In this document: piece by piece, positions 13,719 through 28,158 of the stretch
Numbering within the stretch: the stretch's first letter is position 1
How the letters are laid out: the number at the start of each line of letters is the position of its first letter
NCBI RefSeq assembly: GCF_000485595.1
Contig: NW_014577072.1
Coordinates: forward strand, 219,233 to 283,232
Origin: Priapulus caudatus
Lineage: Eukaryota
Reading direction: 5' to 3'
Length of the DNA: 64,000 nt
Program-made: the position numbers and the translations under genes
Notes under the pieces: model-generated
What the model was told of the DNA's origin: nothing
Databases searched by the model: none
What the model saw: the letters and a program-made list of their open reading frames with translations, nothing else

Positions 13719-16700
13719 TACGTGCGTGCGTGCGTGCGTGTGTGTCTGCTTGACAAAACAACTGTGTCATCTGAGCAAACGAAACCCAATCAATGTTAAT
13801 TTGATTCCTTACATCACTGCCCATAATGCCAGCAAATCGCAAACTAATACACTTCCATTTGGCAGCTGACTATCAAGTGCGGAGAAAGGTCTGGCTTCAC
13901 TTTAGCGCTGCCAGTTCCGCGGGCGCCGGGAATCTGGTTTTCAGTCATTAATTCGCATTTGTTTTGCCATCAAGATGCCCACTGTCGTGATCTCGTGATG
14001 CCCTAATCGGATCCAGCCGCTGGGTCGGATTGCATATTTTACGGGTCACTTACGTAGCGGATTTGCGGCGCTGAATTGATCTTTGCTCAAGAGCCGGCAG
14101 CCGCGGAAAACACTCGGAACGGCAAGTTGTCGAGTGAGTCAAGTGAGCGGTCAACCGTCCGTTGCCACAAGTACTCGGACGCCACGCTTGCTACTCCTCT
14201 ACAACACTGTGCGTCGAGAGATGGTAGCATCTGATCCAGGAAAGAAGTGCTCACCTGTCTTGCAGATAGCAGAGCAATAATCGTGTACCGAGTATAGTAA
14301 GTTGATCTAAGAGCTTTGTAGCTGCGCGGGTTGAAAGTAAAAGTTTTTGTGCAGAATCCTGTCTGGACAGGGCGCGTGAGGCGTTTCTGTTTACATAGCG
14401 GACCAACGCGGACAGATGCCGTTTAAGAGTCTCGCTGTGTATATAGATGTAGATTATCAATATTAGCTGCGATATCTACAAGCTCTATCAAGCGCTACCT
14501 TTATGCATGCAAATAAGCATACTACAAACATGTGCCACCTGTCCCCGAGCACTCTATCTTATAACGAAACGAGCATCGGGTGGTAAAATTTTCTAGTGAT
14601 AGCTCGGACCGACACCGCGGCGTGATATTTGTTTTCAACATCGGCAAATTTGTACAGCTGCCTCGAAATTACTTGTCAATGCGACTGCAACGTTAAGATT
14701 TTAAATTCAGTTCTTATCAGACGAGATGACGACCAGTAAATTGGTTCAGTTCTTCAGTTTTAGCCGTGACACCAGATGTATGTATGTCGTCTCATATACG
14801 CTATTTGCGTGTTGGACTACGTACGTCATCGCGGCACCCTCACCAGTTAATCAAAAGGCAGATATGATTTCGGTGCACCTGCAAAAAGGTGCCACATATC
14901 AGCTCTCTAGAGTTCCTTAGCGCGTGGTTCATAAAATATCAAACAAAGACAGGCGAGCCCACGTGCCGTCAGCACAACAGTCTGACGCAGGAAGACGAAC
15001 TCGTGATTAGGGCCAGTGGCTGATAATCCGTGAGACATGGATTCGAGAAATCGTTTGCCATTGGCAAGTGTTACTACGAGGTTTTTGTGATGTTTTCTGA
15101 GATTTCTGTTGTACTCAATATAGCGTCGTATTATAATCTAACATCAGTTAGCTTCGGCTAGACTTAGCAACATTTGTTGTAACAGTAGCAGCGGTAGTTG
15201 ATCTCGTTCTCTCCGAAGTATATATATTATCAATAGCTAATAAATATTAATTATTAGTATTTATTAGCTCTTGATATTATTCTAGTTGTAGACCATACTA
15301 ATAAGCTAATAATAAATAAATTAATAACTTAAAACGATTGAATATGCTTTTCATTTCTCAAACCTAAAAGGAAAATACTATAGAATATCATATAGCACGA
15401 ATTGGTTTTTTTGCGAAATACATATATGTATATTATCAAGAGCGTATAAAGAAGGTATAAAGAGTATAAGGTATAAGGTATAAAGAGCGTATTTATACGC
15501 TCTTGATATTATATGTATATATATAAACCAAATTCAAATAATAGGTTAAGGGTGTTTAAAATTTAAATTTTAAACATCTTCAAACTATTATTTGAATTTG
15601 TTTTTTTATCTACATGGGTGTTCGTATGTGATTTTACTTATATATATATATATATATATATATTATATCAATATATTAGTAGGTCTCAGGGGAGAGATAG
15701 TGAATATAGAAATAAGTTGTGGATATATAAATCGGTATATAAACCCTCACCCTAACCCTAACCATAACCCTAATAATCCTAACCCTAACCCTATCCCTAA
15801 TTCTAAAATAAAACAAAATTAGCCAAAAATAATAATAAATAAAATAAATAAGAGACAAAATTAGCCAATCAGAGCCGTCCCCTAGCGGATCACTATCTCT
15901 CCCGTGTGCAAAATTCTAAATATATTAGAGAGAGAGAAAGAGTGAGAGAGAGATTCGTGTGTTTATCGTGATTGAAAAGGGTAATTAATGCAACGTAATT
16001 ATTATTACATCACACTTTAATGCCGTAACTGAAGAAAGCATTCACATTTACAAAAGGGTGAAATTTCACATAATCATACTGTACTGTTGAGAATTCTCTT
16101 ACAGGATTTTGCCCACGAGCTGGTCACAATTTAGAAATTATTGCTCTCGCTGAGGAATTATGACGTTGCTAAATGCACACTTGATGTGTATCTGTAGAAG
16201 CTCTAATGAGATTATGCATGATGATAAACACTGCTCGATCCCGCTAAATGAGTTCGTCTTAAGAGATATTACGACCCGGTACCCAGCTTTTGCTTCGCCT
16301 CGCAAGTTTGGATAAGCAAACGCGGGATCACCGATGAAAGTCACATCTGGGTGCACTTAGCTAAACATACTTAAGTCTAAAAATGTACCCGAAAGTCGTA
16401 TTCTGAAATAATATTTAGGAAAAGAAACAACTGGGCGTGACTAAATTACTGACGGTTCAAAACTGGGTATCGTAATTTTAATTTTATTTATCTATTATTT
16501 TATATTATTTAGCTATACTTTAAATTTAATGAAGCTAGAAGCGGTTCGTCTAATCGCGATGTATGTTAGATAACGCATTACGCTTTGACAACAAATACCC
16601 CTAACAGTGTTTTCGAAAAAAAAAACGGAGAGCCGTATAACACAATATAGAGAGGCTGAGTTTTGCAGCCTGGCTGGTGCTGGCTGCGTGACGATGGGCG

Positions 16701-19700
16701 TGGCTGTCACGGCCCGACTAGCGGTGCTAATTTATTCCTGAAGCCAGACACGCGCTAAATATCACTGGGCGTAATGTCGCGCGTTAGACGATATCATTGA
16801 ATGAATAAAGCACCGTGGCACAGGAACAGTCGTGGCCAAGCTACAGCGTCGATATGCACTAGCATCCGCCTACGCATTTAGCGTTATGCTAAAGCTGCGG
16901 TGCGTATAATCAACTAGCTGGGCTACCCGGCGATGCCCGGGATGAAGGAGAAAAGAGCTAGAATTTAGTCTGCCATCACGGCTGTACTGATTTTATTAGG
17001 ATTTTATAAATCTGTCCCAAGAATTTTACTTCTGTTCAGTTCTGCAGCGCTTCTTGGTACACAACATTCTTGGTCTTGCCATCTTGAGAGAGGATGTAGA
17101 GGTTGTCTGGGTTACCCACTCTGGAGCACCCCACATCGAGCTGGCCATGGGAGAACACTGGCTCACTGAGGTTGAGTCCAACGACCTTGAGGGACTGGCC
17201 CTGGGCCTTGTTGATGGACATGGCAAAGCTCAGCTTGATTGGAAACTGCAGCCTGGAAATGGCAGGTCTGATGGGATGAGCGGGATCCTTGGGATGAAGA
17301 CATTTTCGCCCTTGCCCTTGCCTGTCATGATTTTGGCTTCGATGACTCTGGACATGAGCTGCTTCACTGTGAGCCTTGTGCCGTTGCAGAGCTTGCATGG
17401 GAGCATCCAGGTTGCGCATTAGCAATATGGGCGCGCCGACCTTGAGCACCAAGTTGTGTGGTGGCAGACTTTTCTGCTGCGCTAGGATTCCTCTTTACTT
17501 CTCTGCTGCAGTGCACTACTATTTTTACGTTCCGCGTATGAAATTGAGATTCGATTCCGTACTTTCGGATGGATCCATCATTTCCGGATTTGAAAATAAA
17601 TTTTTTGGTCAAATTTTTAGCCACAAAGTGCCCAAAAATCATATTTACCTACAAAATAGACCGAAAAAGTGGAGTTCCAAAAAAAAAAGAAATCTCTTTT
17701 TTTGTTTTTTTGCCCTTATTTTGCAATTTTTTCCCATTTTTTTGGAGCCTAAAATGGTCGTCGCATCATGCTGATTCAGAATATATATGGTGTTGGGGGT
17801 CACCTCTTACGGGTCTCAAGAAGATAGACGGACAGACAGACAGACAGATAGACAGACAAACAGACAGATCCGGCCATTTATGTAGGAGATTGGCTCGACC
17901 GAGGAAGCAGCTTGTTGTCCGCAAGAATAGTTAGTTATACGTGATATCATAAATTTCTTTCAAGGCGTGACTACAAATTTCAACCCTACATCAAACCTAC
18001 AGCGAGGTTGATGACTACATGTAATGAAAAATCTGGTCCACGCATGTCCTGCGTAAGACCCCGAGTTTTTAACGCGGAGAATCTGGTGTGAGTTTTACCA
18101 TAATTTCTACTTCAGGTCGCTAGAACCTGACAGGTTAATGATGTGTGTAGCCGCCTATACCGCAGTTACACACTATATTTATCTTGGATGATGAAGTCCG
18201 TTTATCTCTCGCTACCATCTCACTAGTCCTGTACTTATACCTGACTGATATTGCGTCATGCCGAGACCACCCGTTTTGCTACAGAAAATTACACAACGGC
18301 TAGCAACATTGTACAGCGATCTCGAGTCCTCTCGTTTCTACCAACCATCGTTGTGCCTGCCGCCTACTGTTGTCGAATGAGGTTAATTATATGAATGGCT
18401 GAGTCCTAGGGGTTTCCTTCCTCGGGTATGTATCGTTGCCATCATGAAGCCGAAATCACATCGGCACAAATAGAATTTGCTTCGTGAAAGTTGGTATTTC
18501 TGAGCGTTATACAATAACGCAAAAACAATATAATTAGTACTCAACGTGTTTCAAGATGTGAGCAGGTAGGATAATTGTGCAGGTAGGTATGCAGCCTGCT
18601 GCCATTTATAAAAGGATAAACAACGCTCACCGTTCTGTCTCCAGAGAACAAAAACTGCAGGATTCTTCGCCTCTTCATGGAAGAGTAATTCTGAATGAAT
18701 ACTCATTAGTATGTTACGGCTATGCTAACTGTGAAATCACGTGCTTGCTAAATTAATGTACCTGAACAGACAATGCGTTATTGTGACACATCAACAATAC
18801 ACATACAGTCGTTTAACGTGATGGTTTAATTTCAATTGAAATTGTTACCTGTTCAGTTTACTTGTATCTAGATAGTGATCTCTACTGTGTTATATTGTAA
18901 CAAGCTCCAGCGCTGCATGCTGTATGAATCACCAGCCTGATGTTGTCTCAGCAACCTGGTCAGATCAGCATCAGTGTCATTGGGTGGCCTAGTACAAAGG
19001 CCACGCTGCAAAAAACCTGCCTGCGCTTCTGTGCGACGACGTGTCAATTATATCGCATTAAAACTGGACGTTTTGTGGTTTTAAAATCCACAAAGGCCCT
19101 TCGAATATCTCGGCGAACGATTCGCCCAATGCTCGTCGCTGCTGGACAGGGGTCCGTCTTTGTGATGGTAATGGCCGGTGTCTGTGCTGGAGAAACACGT
19201 GGCCACAAAGACTCGGCGGGTTGACATCGTCCCTCCCTCGTGCTCTGTTCTTTTACACGTGTGCGTTCGCATGCCTGCAGAAAAAAAACCGGGATAACAT
19301 CTACAGGTGAGAAGATGCACGTGTGGCCGACGAAAGATAGCTGGATTAGTCGGAGTTTTTTTTACACGATCTGACAAAGCGGTTTTTTCAAAGGAGTTTG
19401 TCGGGTTTGTAATTCATTGAATGAAGTCAGACAACTTGACAGTCTAAAAGTGTCTGTGTTATGATCCTGTGTGATGCACGTGCGACTATTTAGGCTCTGA
19501 AAATCTTGGAAGTTGATTAGTTCAAATGTTCTACCAGAGCAATCTAGCTGTTGAAAATTTCGCGAGCTTCTTTCAAATAACTCTTCGTTTAAAAGACGGT
19601 TATATGCAAAAGCCACGTTGCTCGTGAATCTATAGTTAGATCCACGATTATTTTTATAATAAGAATATTTATAATATTACTATGACTAAATCATAATCGA

Positions 19701-22700
19701 TTTTACACACAGGGTATTTTATGGTATTTAATTATTACATGGTCTAAAATCATGACTAAATCTGTCGTCATCTTATCAGGAATAGAAACACGTGTGTCAG
19801 ACAAAATTTCAATTGGTGTTTTACAACAAATCCATTAACCGACCTACAAGAATTTCAATCTAGAATCATCATTTATTACAGTCTAAATGAATCTTTATTT
19901 CAAATGATATTTTCCGACAATATTTGTATCTAAGGGTACATCTCAGGACAACTATACAGGTACCTATTGCAGCAGTCTACTCTGATCCGCTTGTCAAAGA
20001 TCTTTTAGTTATGGTTTTAACTCGTGAGTCTGGTAGACACATTTCGATGGTGCATACCACTGTGCGTATGCGATCTACGTGCGCGCACGCATGCAGCTTC
20101 CCTGACGCAGACCCCGAGGCTGAGAAAGCCTGCCGCTCGCAGTTCTCATCGACAGGTGACACGCATTTTCGGCGATAATGTCAACCTTTGAATGTGAAGT
20201 CCCATGTAACGGTAACAAAGCAGCGTCACAGTGCGCTCCTTTCACGCGCGCCTAAATCCCGTGACAGATTTTGCGTCGGCGGTAGGGCTCTCCGCTGGGG
20301 GGAGGGGTCTGGTGAGGGGTGGGGACGCTCTGCTAAGGCTCATTTATAGTCATGCCGGGCGGCGGGAAGCGTCAAGTTCCAGCGCACTTTCCATGAGGCG
20401 GTCGCGCCATTGTGAAACAGATGTGACAGTTTTGCATATGCCGTGTTCCTGCTGGTTTCGTTAATTCGCCGAATATGGCCGCATTGTGTGCAGATGTGCG
20501 CCGGTATTCCGGCCGAGTCAGGCCGTGAAAGCGCGCCGAGCTACTGCTGGCTGGCATCATGTAATTTCGCGCGGCGCGCGCATTTCTGATGCGACGCAAA
20601 GACGGCGGATACCGCGCGCGCGCGCACCTGGTGTTTGGACACCGAATCCCGCCATGCACCGCGCGCGACATCTCCTGAATTTCCGTGGCCAGATACCGAT
20701 GCGTTGCGGCCAGCCTATGCGGCGTACATTTTGCTCGGTGCGCGATGGCCTCCACGTTTGTTCTTTTTTCATGTTACAAGCGTTTTTTTTCATGAAATTA
20801 TTGCAGATGCCCATCATAGTCAAAAGAATGTCGGTAAAATTAAATGCACGATTGTAGATAGGAGTAGCATCGTAATATTGACGGCGAGCGACGTATCTAA
20901 TTATGTTAACGAAATCGTTTCTGAGAAAGCACAGAAAGTGATTTTCATGTTGCTTTTTAAGTCTCGTGTCAATGTGGGGTTGTTTGGTTGCGGTAGTTGG
21001 CGTTCGCGATCATGGGAAATGCGTCTACTGCGATGGCACTGTCACGCGCATGTGTCACGCGCGCACGCGCACTGTCACTGGCACTGTCACTGTCACTGTC
21101 ACGTCTTAAGCGAAGTCGTTATTGAGCATATACGCTGTATTATCAGCGTACACTGTCACTGTCACTGTCACGTATTAAGCGAAGTCGTTATTGAGCATAT
21201 ACGCTGTATTATCAGCGTACACGTTGTCTGTGCGACAATATACGGTACTTTGCTCGTATTTGTGGAAACTAATAAATTACTATACTAGCTGGTGAATTAA
21301 TGAAGGGATGTTTGTGCCGCTTGCTGTTTAGGCAAGGGCCATTACTTCGATTTAACTCGTTTAGCCTTCTTTCAGCTAGGTGAAGTTGATTACAAATGTA
21401 GCGCAAAAACAGTCCATTACTCGTTTTTCCGCTTTAATGAGGCGAACGTTCGTGTAAAGGATTTAGCATACTCGTACACCTGGAAGGCTGACGCTTTGTA
21501 TCTTTCAACGAACAGCGCAGTTTGTCCCGTGTAATAATTGCACGTGCGTTTTTAAAGAGTTGCTTGCATTTTTAACGTGTTCGCGCTGCAACTGGCGCCG
21601 CGTAACACAGTATTTCAGTTTTCTTATACGGATTCCTATTTTTTCGGCTGCCGCTATATTGTATATATGTGACGAGAATGTCAAAAATGCCCAAAAAGTT
21701 TCTCGGTTAGCCACGTTTAAAAAGCGAACGCGCGATTTTTGAAACCCTTGCCAGAAACCAGCCGACGCTGCCTGTCTGCCCGTCGGCATGCATCCGTCGC
21801 TTCGGTCGCCTTTCTTCATTGCTGCCTCGCCCGGGGCGACCGTGCAGCTGCACTGATTTCATTATGAATACGCATATGATAAACATTGTAATGCATTGTG
21901 CGTGTAAATGCCGCACGAAAACCCTCATAACGTTTCCTCCATTCGGATGGACAATGTGTGGGTCCGTGGGAGAGAGAGCTGTAGCAACAAAGACGCTACC
22001 TGCCTCTCAGTGCGGCTGTAGTCTGTGTCAAAAGCCGGAGGCTTGGCGAGAGTGAATCATAAATCCATCAGAAATTCAAGATGGCTCCCCTGAAAGGAAC
22101 CGATCGTTGTTGCAAAAGAACCATCTTTTGTGGCGCGCAGGCCCATTCTCTCACTTGCCGTTCCAACATCTGTTATAATGGCGCTATTCAGTGATATAAC
22201 CTTTAGTGCTGTTTGGGGTTTTCTTCCGAGAGCGCGCACGGGAGTTCGTTTACATCTGCGGTTGAGCAAAGTGTAGAATTAGTGAGGCGTTGGCGTTACT
22301 TATAGAATAGGCCTTTCCGTTCTGTCTCGCGCCTGTCAGTGTGATATCTCTCACCTGGCCTACAGGTTGTAATTGGAGTGTTTTTAATAACGTGTCATTT
22401 TCGGATGAAAGGCGGACATAGCGAAGCCGAAAAAGCAGCAAAAATGGTCATTAACAAACTGCCGTTTGACTTCTAATTACCTAGCCTGTAGCTGGCGAAG
22501 TGAAACGCTACCTGCGTGGGGCAGCTGGGGGTCCGCTGGATGGAGCGCGCACAATCAACGGCAGTCGGAGGCCAATCAGTTTCCCTGCCCGCTGTGTCAG
22601 GTGGACGGGTAGTCGGGGGGCAGGCGGCTTTCACTGGTCGCGTTCTGGCTGATTTCGTGCTCACTCTCGCAAGCGTCGCAAGTAACGTACCGATTGCGCG

Positions 22701-23818
22701 ACGACGCGCCAAAGTGTTAAAAGGTGTCCCTTTTCGACTCGCGAGCGTAATTGCCCGACAGTTTCACCAAAACTGCAAAATCTCGAAACGCGTCGAGTCG
22801 TGTGCGCCGTACGACTTCGTCGTGTCATGCAAACACTGAAAAGCCTCGGGCGTTCGGCGCTGCGTGGGTTTCCGTCGGGATCGCGCCGATCGCGTATATC
22901 CCGCATGGCCGGCCGGCCACTTGTTCCGAGCGCATTATATGAGACGGGGAGAGCGTGCGCTGTGCGTGCGCGCGCGTGTGTATGTATTTCGGCACCCTGG
23001 GTGGCAGCGGAAAACTAACAAGGCCCCGCGACCTGAAAGCTGGATGTTTTCTATGGCATTTTCATCATCGAAAGCCTCCAATAGGAGCATGACAAGGCCC
23101 TTGCATGAGCTCGTACTGCAAATTTCATATTCCAATCAGTTTTGGCCATTCAGCGCCCGATCTCGGCAGCTTATTGTCATTGTGTATGAGAATGTGCAGC
23201 AAATCCGGTATCTTTGTTGGCTCACCCTCGTGAATGGTCGCGAATAATAAGCTTGGACAGAGCTCGGAAAAACCCTATTAATCTCCCGTTTAGTCCTATT
23301 AACTTGCGCCGAACATTTGAAAAGATTGAAAAGACGCCTTCCCGTCTCGTCATCGGGGAGGGTGGCCACGAGAGCTCGCTCTGTCGGGCAGGGGACTTCA
23401 GTGAATCTGGCGACAAGCAGCAGTGCGCACAATCTTAGCAGATGGCTAAGCCTAGCGCGGATCTGTAGTCTGCTGTAATTATGTGATCTATAGCACTCGT
23501 CAGAAATGAAGCCGCGAAATCGAAAAGTCATAGTTCACGTATGTGCGCGCGCGTGTGCGCCTTCATCCGTTCGTGCGTCCGTGCGCGTTCGTGTGTGCTT
23601 GCGCGTTCGTGTGTGCTTGCGCGTGCAGAAATCTGAAGTGTGTGTAGAGTGGTGGGTGGTCAGTCAAAATTCACCGACATACCTCGTGAAGTGATCTGCT
23701 CGCTTATAGATCGAGTTTATTATATATAGAGAGTAAAATAGTAGTAATGTTCGTCGCCATATAGGGTGATACTCTATTAGGAGTGTTCCCAACTTTAATG
23801 TCATTAATGGTCATAATA

Positions 23819-23862
<44 letters not shown>

Positions 23863-26800
23863 ATAATGGTCATATATTAGTTTGTGGTTTAATGTCATTT
23901 AGGTTAGGGTTAGGGTTAGGGTTAGGATTATCAATCATTAATCATTAATCATTAATCATTAATGATATCAAAGTTGGGAACACTCACAATGGAGCGTTAG
24001 CCGCCATATACCGCTCACTTTAAACTCCATAGCTATAGGCGTCGGTTTTCAGCTGAGACATCCGGTGTGTAGGCACGAGCTGCTGCAGCAGACGAGAGGT
24101 GGCAATGCTGCATACGGCAGACGATGCAGGGATCGCGCGCGCGCCGTCTGCACACGCAGATTGCGTTTTCCTGTCGGCTCACTCAGGTGTGGGTAATGGA
24201 ATGGCCGCCGTTTCCCATCCAGCAATCCTAATGACAGCGCCTAATGCACTTTCATTTCCTCCCACCTGTAAATGAGATTTTGCCGTGTCCGTCTCAAGAT
24301 TTTCCAGCATGAAAGCCAAAGGCACCGCGACCGGTGGCGAGGTTGACTAAACTGCCTTTCGGAGCCCCCCACATGCACACACGCACACACGAGGCAATGA
24401 CCTAATGCTCTTTAAACCACGTATTCACGAATCGAGGCATTTTTAGAATTCAAGATAGAGGGGAATCGGCCGCGCGGCCTGCGCCATGCTATATCCCATA
24501 GCTGTCGCCAGTAATCGCCATACATGCGAAGTGCGAATTTTTTTTATTACATGTTAGGCTATGTTTCGCCGATCTATAATTATTACGTATGTTGCATAAG
24601 TTCGTTTTTACAAATACTTGGTTTATTAATTCGAATCACAAGACACATGGGCGGCGATCCAGTAAAACTAGGTGCTAGATAGCAGATTTCTAGTCGAATG
24701 CAAAGACGTTTAAATATCGCGATTTCCCCCAGACCGTCTATAGTGCAGAACCAGCGCATAAAAAGCGAATTTTACTTGCTAACTCACGCCATTTGACATG
24801 AGATGTAGTGTATGAAATAAGTAATCCATTTTAGCGGCAGAAAATCTCGCCAGCCGTCCAACAACACATCCATTAAACTTTATGACACGGACGCGGCCTC
24901 GCTGTACAAAAATCCATCGATTACAGTGACACGTGAACTCAGATTTCACATTAGACTAAGAATGTCCATTTCGCATTTTACACTCAGCATATCGCACACA
25001 ATGCGGCGTCCATTATGGTGACAAGTGCGGATTTCATGTTTTTATATAAAGGACATACATTTCTCATAAATTTTACGAAGCTAAAAGCAGAACGGTGTTA
25101 CGAGGCTGTCATCTCAGGTAATTGTGAGTTAAGTGCAGGTAAAGTGCATTCGCCCGATGATCGCTTCCTCTGCAGTAATGGCTTCTATCAATTTATCATT
25201 CACGCTCCGCTGGCGAAATCAAGACATAATGGGTCGCACATTGACATGATAATTGCCTCACTGCAGTATTGATGTCATCGCACAATGCAGTGATTCTCGC
25301 GCAGGGTTCAGCGCCTGGCGTTAATCCCACGTTGACAAGCTATACTGCATCGCCGTGAGGTAGTGATCAGGACATTTTAATCACTCCCCCCCCCCCACCA
25401 CCACCACCACTACCACCACACACGCGCGCGCACGCCATTGTCCGGTGTTTTGACCTGGCCCTGGGTGATGTTTGTTATACACCGCGTGCTTGCTGCTGGC
25501 GGGATGCGGTATATGGGGAGCTGATCATCCCGAGTCGTCAGTATCACTGATGGCCGAGGACGGTTCCTCCATCACGCCAGCACTATAGTAGTTTCCCCCG
25601 GTGCGTGACTGACGCTGACCAACAGTCTCATGCCTCTACCGAGTGCGCGGGGGTCGATCCCTGCACCGCACCAAACGAGTGTGTAGCAGACTGATAATTC
25701 ACTGGAAATCGAATGATTTTCGTCGCCTTACACAGTTGCGATTGCGATTTCATGGTCTCGCGCTCGCGGGTTCGCAGTTCGAGTTGTTGGTGTTTTTCTC
25801 TCGTGTACTGCTTACATCCGCAGCACGTGTTTATTGGGGCGGGGGTGTTTATTGGGGCGGGGGTGTTTATTGGGGCGGGGGTGTTTATTGGGGCTTGTTT
25901 TCATGTTATTACTAGCGCGCGTCGAGCGTGTATTATAAGTCCAGACTTAGTCCAGTCTTATAAGTCCACCGCTTCCTTAGCCGCCTTGTCGCACGCGAAT
26001 ATTGTTGTTGTAATTGCGTGAAAAGTTGAATGTATATTATACTCTGTATTTTATAAGAATATTTTAATCGCACATATACTAGTGAGAAGTGTTTGTATAG
26101 CTGTGTATTATTATGCAATATGATTAGGAAATTCTCTCGGTGTGTATCGTCCATAAAAAATACTAGCCTGCTATTCACTATAAGTTGATCACTCTGTAGG
26201 GAAGCCTGTAGTAGATTGGTTAACAATAAGTTGTGCAAAATTTACAGAGGAACGTTACACGTCGGTGCGAGCGGAGTATAACTGTGTGGAACTGCGGAAA
26301 AGGCGCAATCTACATATCATGAGGGTATATACTAGCGTATACGTATGCTACACAGAAAAGACTTAAATTCAACATAACCACGACAGAGAATATTTGCCCG
26401 GATGATCAAAGGATTTGATGACACATCTCAGTGCGCTTGTTGATGAGTCAATTACCTACGTGGGCAGCAGCATTGCCGCCCGAATGCAAAATATCTGAAA
26501 GGCATATCGTCGCTGTGCAGTACCGAAAGAAAGAATACGTGGTTATCCCGTAGCGTTTATGCCGTGAATTGAATTTCCTCATAACTTTCCTCTCGTATAT
26601 AATACGCTTGTTTCCATGTTTGATTGCACCGCCTACTTTATCAAAGCCAACGAAAAAAAGACATCGATTTCTAGCTAGACAAAACGGCCAATTGTGGCAG
26701 CGATCACAAATGCTTCGAGTCTGTGCGCTGACATTTTCGCCTGATTGTTGCAGCGTTTCTCTGCCATCATTATCCCAACGTGAACGTAACTGATCGTCAT

Positions 26801-28109
26801 TATCTCCAGCTATTTTGTCGTGTTGTTTTCAATTGGCTGCCATGGCAACGCAATGCGGATGTCATTGTTACTGGCAGCGCGCTGTTGTCCTGCCCGTCAT
26901 TTCTCTTGCATCGGTGGCATCTAGATAAAATGGAATGGCCAATTAATAAGTGGTGCGGTAATGAGCTACCTACGGGTTTGGCTGCCGATATAGATCTGGT
27001 TAATATTGGTGCTAGTTAACTATTACTCTTGCGTTTTTGATAACAAGTTTATCAATAACTTGTGCAAATTCAAGAATTTCTATGATGCCTTAGTGTTGCT
27101 CTGTACAATAAATGACAGTTCTACCGCATTATCTGCATGATCTGTTGCGAATTGCGTTTGTTTGTAGGTGTGCATACTGCATAACACTGCATATAATGCT
27201 ATAATTATTCTTCTATCCTGGGACAATAATTTTTAGGCATTGTTAGCTGTAAGGTGTAGTCCGCTTGTTTGCTGTGATTATTTTTCAAAGTCAAAAAACA
27301 GGATGCGATGCGAGAGGGTAATATCATTCGCGTAATGAATTATTCAAAAATAAATTAAGAATTCGAGAATAAAAGGGTTGGTTGTTAACTCGTGTTTGTG
27401 ATTAATGACCAATTTAGCAATCGTGAAGCACTGTCGCCCAGTGTCGTAATAGCACTAATAGTAGTTCGCACACTGCACGCATGCTAGCATCCATTTACGG
27501 GGAGAAATAATAATTGCAGACTGCTTCTGATGAAGTTGACTCCCCGAGTATTCCAAGCGGTCTGGCAGGCAGGCGTCACCGGTGATTATATGCCCGTGTG
27601 TCAGGCAATGCTTGCCGATGACTTTAGCCACTGCCCGACAGCCACACCATATAAACCCTGCAGTACACGTGGCACGTGCTTGTCGCGGCGACGCTGCATT
27701 CATTAGGAAACCGAATTGCTAAATTAGCCGGAGTTCATTTCCTTGACAATACACTTGTGGTGTGGATGCGGAGGAAAGAGTTGAAGTGGGCCGGGCAGCG
27801 CCACCAATCGCTGGCACAGCCGCGTGTGTGTGCGTGCGCGCGCCGAGCGAGTATACAACTACACATACTACACACGGGGGAGTGTTCAGCACTTGCTACG
27901 AGCTCTGCCCGGGTAATTAGGAGTGGGCGCCTCAGCGGAGTGCTTTACGTAATTACTCGTGCATAATCTATGCGACATGATTTCGGTCTATTCCACGTCC
28001 GTTGTTTATGCGTGTCTGTTTGCGACGCTGCTCTGCTATACTGCTGCCCCACGTTTGATTAACCGACTATGCAAATATATAGCTGCTGCTAATAGTGTGC
28101 ACATCGGTA

Positions 28110-28158
<49 letters not shown>

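Noticed and set aside
20635..21288. 217-aa ORF with HCHC repeats resembling a metal-binding protein
   Set aside because: The His/Cys pattern comes from (CACTGT)n and the 69-bp duplication; no domain motif or splice support.
25600..25690. tRNA or tRNA-derived SINE (GGGTCGATCCC B-box-like)
   Set aside because: No convincing A-box or cloverleaf, no tail and no TSD.
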